Position numbers and translations under genes: made by a program. Shown here in pieces: positions 58,194 through 64,000 of a stretch of 64,000 bases of DNA (positions are counted from its first letter, which is position 1; the number at the start of each line of letters is the position of its first letter). Below the pieces are notes generated by a model. The model was not told the origin of the DNA. It searched no databases and saw nothing but the letters and a program-made list of their open reading frames with translations. The stretch comes from Acidimicrobiia bacterium (lineage in GTDB: Bacteria; Actinomycetota; Acidimicrobiia; Spongiisociales; ZC4RG35). Location: positions 64,879 through 128,878 of the forward strand of contig DATKCZ010000005.1 in NCBI GenBank assembly GCA_035512955.1, read 5' to 3'.

Positions 58194-59661
58194 GCTCGTC
58201 GGGGCCATAGACCAGGGGACCAGCTCGACCCGGTTCATGATTTTCGACGGTGACGGTGCCGTGGTGGCCATGGACCAACAGGAGCACTCCCAGATCTTCC
58301 CCCGCCCCGGCTGGGTGGAGCACGACCCGGTGGAGATCTGGGAGCGGACCACATCGGTCATCGAGAGGGCCCTGGCCGGGGCCGGGGTCACGGTCTCCGA
58401 GCTGGCCGCGGTGGGCATCACCAACCAGCGTGAGACCACGGTGCTCTGGGACCGAAAGACCGGGGAGCCGGTGGCCAATGCCATCGTCTGGCAGGACACC
58501 AGGACGGCCGACCTCTGCACCGACCTGGCCGGCGAGGCAGGTGTGGAGCGCTATCGGTCCCGCACCGGTCTGCCCCTGGCCACCTACTTCTCAGGGCCCA
58601 AGGTGCGCTGGCTCCTCGACACCCATGATCTCGGTGACCGCGCCCGGCGGGGCGAGCTCGCCTTCGGGACCATCGACAGCTGGCTGGCGTGGAATCTCAC
58701 CGGGCTCCACGTCACCGACGTGACCAACGCCTCGCGGACTCTGCTCATGGACCTGGTCACCACGACATGGGACTCCGACCTCGCCCTCGAGATCGGCGTG
58801 CCCACCCACATCCTCCCCGAGATCGTGTCCTCGGTCGGTGAGATCGCTGAGTGTCACGGACCGCTCGAGGGGGTGCCCCTGGCGGCGATGCTCGGCGACC
58901 AGCAAGCCGCCTTGTTCGGCCAGGCGTGCTTCGCGCCCGGGGAGGCGAAGAACACCTACGGGACCGGGAACTTCATGCTCATGAACACCGGGAGCCAACC
59001 CGTGGCCTCGGGCTCGGGTCTGCTGAGCACGGTGGGGTACCGGGTCGGGGGCCAGGAGACGGTGTACGCCCTCGAGGGGTCGATCGCGGTGACCGGCTCA
59101 CTCATCCACTGGCTGCGGGACAACCTGGGGATCATCACCACCGCCGAGGACGTCGAAGACCTCGCCGCCTCGGTCGAGGACAATGGCGACGTCTACTTCG
59201 TCCCCGCCTTCTCGGGTCTCTTCGCCCCGTATTGGCGGCCCGATGCCCGGGGGGTCATCGTGGGTCTGACCAGGTTCGCCAACAAGGGCCACATCGCCCG
59301 GGCCGCCCTGGAGGCGGCGGCTTACCAGTCCGCCGATGTCCTCCAGGCGATGACGACCGACTCCGGAGTGGAGTTGTCTGAGCTACGGGTCGACGGGGGG
59401 ATGACGACCAACGGGTCGCTCATGCAGTTCCAGGCCGACCTGCTCGGTGTGGACGTGGTCCGTCCCGTGGTGGCCGAGACCACCGCCCTCGGGGCCGCAT
59501 ACGGAGCCGGGCTGGCGGTGGGCGTGTGGCCGGGTCTGGACGAGATAAGGGGGTTGTGGGCCGAGGACACCCGATGGTCGCCGCAGATGCCGGACGGGGA
59601 GCGGGCCCGGTTGCATGCCAAGTGGCGCCGGGCGGTGGAGAGATCTCTCGACTGGGCTTGA
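58186..59661 (+). CDS. glpK: Glycerol kinase
   Basis: The start at [20 protein letters not shown] overlaps pth by 8 bp. FGGY kinase motifs run throughout the protein. Confidence 0.97.
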   Translation: MSELVGAIDQGTSSTRFMIFDGDGAVVAMDQQEHSQIFPRPGWVEHDPVEIWERTTSVIERALAGAGVTVSELAAVGITNQRETTVLWDRKTGEPVANAIVWQDTRTADLCTDLAGEAGVERYRSRTGLPLATYFSGPKVRWLLDTHDLGDRARRGELAFGTIDSWLAWNLTGLHVTDVTNASRTLLMDLVTTTWDSDLALEIGVPTHILPEIVSSVGEIAECHGPLEGVPLAAMLGDQQAALFGQACFAPGEAKNTYGTGNFMLMNTGSQPVASGSGLLSTVGYRVGGQETVYALEGSIAVTGSLIHWLRDNLGIITTAEDVEDLAASVEDNGDVYFVPAFSGLFAPYWRPDARGVIVGLTRFANKGHIARAALEAAAYQSADVLQAMTTDSGVELSELRVDGGMTTNGSLMQFQADLLGVDVVRPVVAETTALGAAYGAGLAVGVWPGLDEIRGLWAEDTRWSPQMPDGERARLHAKWRRAVERSLDWA

Positions 59662-59715
59662 GCGAGAGCCAGGTCCCGGGAGGCGACCCTCCGCTTATGA
59701 TCGAGGGGGACGAGG

Positions 59716-60279
59716 ATGCCCATAAATATCCCCAACGCGCTCGCAGTCTTCCGCATTGCCACGGTCGTGCCGATCATGTCTTTTACACGCGCCGACCAGA
59801 TCGAGAATCAATTCGTCATCGCCGCCGGGCTGTTCCTCATCGCGTCGTTCACCGACTTCCTCGACGGGTATTGGGCTCGTCGCACCACCGGGGGGACGGT
59901 CCTCGGGGCGTTCCTCGACACCACGGCCGACAAGATCATGGTCACCGGTACCCTGCTCGCCCTGGTCTCGGTGGACCGGGTCTCGATCTGGCCGGCATCG
60001 ATCATCATCTTCCGCGAGTTCACGGTGATGGCTCTGCGCGGCGTGGTGGCCCAAAGAGGCGGTCTGATCGCCCCGTCGACCTGGGGCAAGATCAAGGCGT
60101 TCACCCAGTATGCCGCGATCTTCTGGGCGTTCCTCCGCTTCGCCGACCGGTGGGGCCCGTGGTATTTCGACCAGTGGTTGATGCTGATAGCGGTCGTCGC
60201 CACGGTGGGCTCCGCATGGGGTTACGTGAGCGCCTTCTGGTCCGTGGTGCGGACGGAGCCGAAGCAAGTCAGCACGTGA
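59716..60279 (+). CDS. pgsA: CDP-diacylglycerol--glycerol-3-phosphate 3-phosphatidyltransferase (CDP-alcohol phosphatidyltransferase family)
   Basis: 187 aa. Motif DFLDGYWARRTTGGTVLGAFLDTTADK, matching D-G-x2-A-R-x8-G-x3-D-x3-D. Confidence 0.88.
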   Translation: MPINIPNALAVFRIATVVPIMSFTRADQIENQFVIAAGLFLIASFTDFLDGYWARRTTGGTVLGAFLDTTADKIMVTGTLLALVSVDRVSIWPASIIIFREFTVMALRGVVAQRGGLIAPSTWGKIKAFTQYAAIFWAFLRFADRWGPWYFDQWLMLIAVVATVGSAWGYVSAFWSVVRTEPKQVST

Positions 60280-61247
60280 GGGCCGCGGTCACCGGCGGCT
60301 CCGGCGTGGTGGGATGGGCGGTGGTGCGCCACCTCCTCGCCGACGGCCACGAGGTGCGGGCCCTGGCGCGTTCGGACCGCTCCGCACGGCTCCTCGAGGG
60401 CCGGGGGGCCACCGTAGTCCGGGGTGATGTGCTCGATCCCCTCTCGCTGGTCGAGCTCGTCACGGGTTGCGACCATGTCTTCCACGTGGCCGGTGTGAAC
60501 GAGATGTGCTCCCGGCACCCATCCCGGATGTGGCGGGTCAACGTCGAGGGGACCCGCCACGTCCTGGAGACGAGTGCCCGCGCCGGTGTGGAGCGTCTGG
60601 TCCACACCTCGTCGGCGGTCACCCTCGGTGAGGAGCGGGGGACGACCGGGTCGGAGGGGTCGGCCCACCGCGGCCACTTCCTCTCGGAGTACGAGAGGTC
60701 GAAGACCGTTGCCGAGCGCCTCGTCTTCGATGTCTCCCGCGATATCGAGGTGGTTTCGGTCAACCCCTCCTCGGTGCAGGGACCGGGACGGTCGACAGGC
60801 ACTGCCTCGCTGCTGCTGGCCGCGGCGCGGGGCCGGCTCGCCTTGTTGGTAGACACGATGATCTCCCTCGTCGACATCGACGATTGCGCCCGAGGTCACC
60901 TGCTCGCTGCCGAGCACGGCACTCCCGGCCGGCGTTACGTCCTCAGTGGCGCCACCCTCTCCATTCGGGAGGCGGTGCGCAAGCTGAACCGAAAGCTCGG
61001 CCGGAGCGCCCGTTCTCCGTGGTACGTAGATCCCGCGGTGGTGACCGTCCTCGCTCCGATCGCCGATCGACTGTCACGGATGGCTGGGATTCGATCCCAG
61101 TTGTGCACCGAGTCGGCCCGGGTCCTGCTGCACGGCCATCGCTACGACGGCTCGAGGGCAACTCGAGAGCTGGGGCTCGAGTACACGGGTCTAGACGACA
61201 CACTGGAGCGCACAGTCGGTTGGTTCCGGGGCCAGGGCCTCCTCTAA
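60276..61247 (+). CDS. NAD-dependent epimerase/dehydratase family protein
   Basis: The GTG start overlaps the pgsA stop (GTGA). Rossmann motif VTGGSGVVGWAVVRHLL and a YxxxK motif in YERSK. Confidence 0.8.
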   Translation: MRAAVTGGSGVVGWAVVRHLLADGHEVRALARSDRSARLLEGRGATVVRGDVLDPLSLVELVTGCDHVFHVAGVNEMCSRHPSRMWRVNVEGTRHVLETSARAGVERLVHTSSAVTLGEERGTTGSEGSAHRGHFLSEYERSKTVAERLVFDVSRDIEVVSVNPSSVQGPGRSTGTASLLLAAARGRLALLVDTMISLVDIDDCARGHLLAAEHGTPGRRYVLSGATLSIREAVRKLNRKLGRSARSPWYVDPAVVTVLAPIADRLSRMAGIRSQLCTESARVLLHGHRYDGSRATRELGLEYTGLDDTLERTVGWFRGQGLL

Positions 61248-63019
61248 CGGAGGTGGAGATCGGGCATCCGGGCCTGGACGCCGGACTCCGCCTCACCTAT
61301 GCCGACGAGGAGATCGACGAGGGCGCCAACCCCCTGACGGACCGGCTCGCTGTTGTCCTCTCTCCTCGGGATCGGCAGGGCCCTCCGCTCGGGGTAGACC
61401 TTGACCCGCACCGGCCTGTCGGCATCGATGCCTGCCACCTCCTTGGCCAGGTCTATCGCCCGGTAGAGACCTCCCAGCTCGTCGATGAGGCCATGGTCCC
61501 TGGCCTGGGCGCCGGTCCAGATCCTCCCTTTGGCGATCTCCTGGACATGGTGGTCCTCCAGCCCGCGGCCCGCGGCGACTATGGAGATGAACCGTTGGTA
61601 GACATCGTCCAACTCGGCTTGCACCCGCTCCCGCTCACCGTCGCTGAACTTCTGCTGCGGGGACCAGAAACCGGCGTTCTCACCGTAAGGGAGTTGACCG
61701 AAGGTGATCCCCAGCCTCGCCCAGGCGTCTCCGGTCACCAGTTTTCCGAAGACCACACCGATCGACCCGGTGATGGTCCCGGGCTGGGCGACGATCCGGT
61801 CGGCGTCGGTGGCGACCCAGTAGCCACCCGAGCCGGCCACATTGCCCATCGAGACCACCACCGGCTTGCCCGCTTCCCTGGCTCGGACCACCTCCCGGCG
61901 GACCACCTCGGACGCCACCGCCGAGCCTCCGGGGGAGTCGACTCTGAAAACGATCGCCTTGACCTTGTCGCTGTCCGTGGCCTTGCGGAACGCCTTGGCC
62001 ACGTCGTCCGCCCCCAGCGAGGGCCCGCCGGTGAGGGGGTCGAATCTGGAGCTTCCCCGGGCGATGGCACCGGTCCCATAGATGAGAGCGATGCGGTCAC
62101 CCTTGCGGTGGGGACGGCCGGCCTTCTTCAGATAGCGATGGTGATAGATCAGCCCGTTGCCCCCGGAGGCGGCGTAGGCCTCGTCGCGGTGGCCGACATG
62201 GTCGACCAGGCCGGACGCGAACGCTTCTTCGGAGGTGAGGGGCGCCTGGTCGATCAGCGTGCTGACCGCCTCGTGGGAGAGACCCCGATCGGCGGCGATC
62301 CCCTCCACGATCTGGGAGAAGTGGTCCTCGACCACCGAGCCGAGCGCCTCTCGATGAGGCTCGGTGAACCCGGTCTCGGTGAACATGTACTTGGCCGACT
62401 TGTACTCCTCGCGATGGTCGAAGTCGGGGTAGATGCCGAGCTTGTCCAGTGCGCCCCGCAAGAACCTCGCTCTCGCCAGGCGACCCTGGATCGAGATGCC
62501 TCCCATCGGCTGGAGATAGATCTGGGCGAAGGCCGAGGCCAGGTAGTAGTCGACAGTCGCCTCACCGCTCTCACCGAAGGTATCGGCGTATGCCACCGTG
62601 GTCTTGCCCGACTCCCGGTAGCGGCGCACCGCCTCACGCAACTCCTGTGCGGTCCCGATCTCGATGCCGCCATTGCCCAGGCGGACGACCAGCCCGGTGA
62701 CCCTATCGTCGTCGGCGGCGCGGTGGAGCGCATCGAGCACATCGCGCAGGACCACCGAGTTCCGGGTGAGTGCCTGGGACACCGGGTCCGACCCGATGCT
62801 CTCCACCACTCCACCCTCGAGATCGATCTCGATCACGGTCCCTCCGGGGATGCGACGCCGGATCAGGTTCCTGGCGAGCAGTGACCCGGCCACGACCGCG
62901 GTGAGGGCGACCAGGGCCACCCAGTCGTCGAGGGCGATCACCGCCATCGTGACCAGGATGATCGACAGGAGCACTCCCCCGACCAATGCCACCAGCTGGG
63001 CGACGCGCTCCCATCTCAT
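61244..63019 (-). CDS. sppA: Signal peptide peptidase SppA, 67K (double S49 domain) type
   Basis: The start was chosen at MRWERVAQLVALVGGVLLSIILV, a TM anchor, which avoids an 85-bp overlap with the upstream gene. S49 blocks are present, including GNVAGSGGYWVA. Confidence 0.85.
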   Translation of the reverse strand: MRWERVAQLVALVGGVLLSIILVTMAVIALDDWVALVALTAVVAGSLLARNLIRRRIPGGTVIEIDLEGGVVESIGSDPVSQALTRNSVVLRDVLDALHRAADDDRVTGLVVRLGNGGIEIGTAQELREAVRRYRESGKTTVAYADTFGESGEATVDYYLASAFAQIYLQPMGGISIQGRLARARFLRGALDKLGIYPDFDHREEYKSAKYMFTETGFTEPHREALGSVVEDHFSQIVEGIAADRGLSHEAVSTLIDQAPLTSEEAFASGLVDHVGHRDEAYAASGGNGLIYHHRYLKKAGRPHRKGDRIALIYGTGAIARGSSRFDPLTGGPSLGADDVAKAFRKATDSDKVKAIVFRVDSPGGSAVASEVVRREVVRAREAGKPVVVSMGNVAGSGGYWVATDADRIVAQPGTITGSIGVVFGKLVTGDAWARLGITFGQLPYGENAGFWSPQQKFSDGERERVQAELDDVYQRFISIVAAGRGLEDHHVQEIAKGRIWTGAQARDHGLIDELGGLYRAIDLAKEVAGIDADRPVRVKVYPERRALPIPRREDNSEPVRQGVGALVDLLVGIGEAESGVQARMPDLHLR

Positions 63020-63059
63020 TTGCGGTCTCCTCGTCCGGGCTCGTCTGGTGTCCACGTGA

Positions 63060-64000
63060 TCATCTCGGGCCCCCTTCCCACGTCCTGGCCAGGTTGTCGC
63101 GGTTGCGGCGATTGAAGGCAGCGCCTCCGAGGACTCTATCGACATGGTGCCTGCGGGCCACGTCGAGTCTGTGGGGCCCTCCGACTATCAACACCGAGGC
63201 GTTGGCGAAGTTCCGGCGGAAGCCGAGCGCACCCAGCCCCCTGGCATCACCGGCGACGTGTGCCGGCGCCACCACCAGGTCGCCGGGCAGGATCGCAGTC
63301 ACCGACGGGCCGCTTCGACCCGAATAAGTGCTCACCGATGCGTAGCGATCGGGGTCTTCGACCAGGTCGGCATCGGTAACGTAGAGGACCAGGTCGAGGT
63401 CATGGTGATCGGCGACCCGTCTGGCGATCTCGAGCGCCAGGTTGGCGTCGTCCTCGCGGACGACGAGACCTTTGGTACCTCCCTGGAAGTAGAGGACGCG
63501 GTCCCACCGGTCCCCGATGACGCGGGCTGCGACCACCGGGATCGGGGAGCGCTCCCCGATCTCGTCGATGGAGTCGCCGAAGAAGCGGGCCCTTCCAGCT
63601 CTCGGCCCATCCCAGGGGAGCAGGATCAACGATGCCCCTGTCTCGGCGGCGAGATTGAGAGCCCCCTCCACCGGGGATTCCGAGATGCGGGTGATCCCAT
63701 CGGAGTCCTGGCCCCGATCGATGGCGCCCTTGACCGCGGCTTGCAGTCTCTCGGCGAGCTGCTCACAGGCGCCGTCCTCGCACACGATGAATGGGGTGAG
63801 CAGCCCCTTGTCCTGGCGGGTGATGGCCACCCCGATGTCCTGGGCTCCTCCCATCGAGCCCTTCTCGGGTGTCCGGAACAGCACGTGGGCCCCCACGGAC
63901 GAGGCATCCTCGGTGGGCGGCTCGATGCGGCGGGCGAAGAACCTCGTCCCCAGTGAGGTGATCAGGACCGTGATGACCACGGCCATCACCGCGGCATTGA
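63060..64000 (-). CDS. C-terminal part of a membrane protein with tandem USP-like cytoplasmic domains (possibly a cation:proton antiporter); 5' end outside the window
   Basis: The frame is open to the window edge. A TM helix (AVVITVLITSLGTRFF) is followed by about 290 aa of soluble region. The function is a guess from the architecture only. Confidence 0.4.
   Translation of the reverse strand, partial: NAAVMAVVITVLITSLGTRFFARRIEPPTEDASSVGAHVLFRTPEKGSMGGAQDIGVAITRQDKGLLTPFIVCEDGACEQLAERLQAAVKGAIDRGQDSDGITRISESPVEGALNLAAETGASLILLPWDGPRAGRARFFGDSIDEIGERSPIPVVAARVIGDRWDRVLYFQGGTKGLVVREDDANLALEIARRVADHHDLDLVLYVTDADLVEDPDRYASVSTYSGRSGPSVTAILPGDLVVAPAHVAGDARGLGALGFRRNFANASVLIVGGPHRLDVARRHHVDRVLGGAAFNRRNRDNLARTWEGGPR

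Noticed and set aside
60884-62884. 666-aa plus-strand ORF
   Set aside because: It is antisense to the well-supported sppA gene and has a spurious high-GC composition.

Overview
High-GC, densely coding actinobacterial-type chromosomal segment; the gene content looks Acidimicrobiia-like, but that is a guess. No rRNA, tRNA, CRISPR array or intact mobile element was seen.

Core genes:
- ATP synthase atpG (3' part), atpD and atpC; clpP; an ABC-F ATPase; typA.
- tyrA, divergent from a fused chorismate mutase / prephenate dehydratase / ACT / DAHP synthase gene.
- A cysteine synthase-tusA-dsrE operon.
- paaABCDE plus a TetR regulator.
- argGH, korAB and metG.
- rplY-pth-glpK-pgsA and sppA.

Main finding (43458..48818): a compact bacterial microcompartment (BMC) locus.
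- Enzymes: RpiB-like isomerase, DeoC aldolase and an acylating aldehyde dehydrogenase.
- Shell: one BMC-H, two BMC-T and three BMC-P genes.
- The enzymes carry N-terminal amphipathic extensions that look like encapsulation peptides.
- There is no phosphotransacylase or alcohol dehydrogenase in the locus.
- It resembles the bioinformatically catalogued sugar-phosphate-utilisation class, which as far as I know has not been characterised experimentally.

Other notable items:
- A polycysteine leader ORF with a terminator/antiterminator upstream of the cysteine synthase operon.
- A Phe/Tyr-rich leader ORF upstream of the aromatic amino-acid fusion gene.
- A secreted protein whose mature N-terminus looks like an N-TIMP (CSC...CG...LC) domain.
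- A NiSOD gene with Tyr in place of the Ni-hook proline, divergent from a SodX-type peptidase fused to an AlkA-type glycosylase.
- A membrane-anchored ECF sigma/anti-sigma fusion.
- A frameshifted DUF222-HNH remnant.

All calls come from reading the translations and sequence by eye. No searches or folding programs were run.
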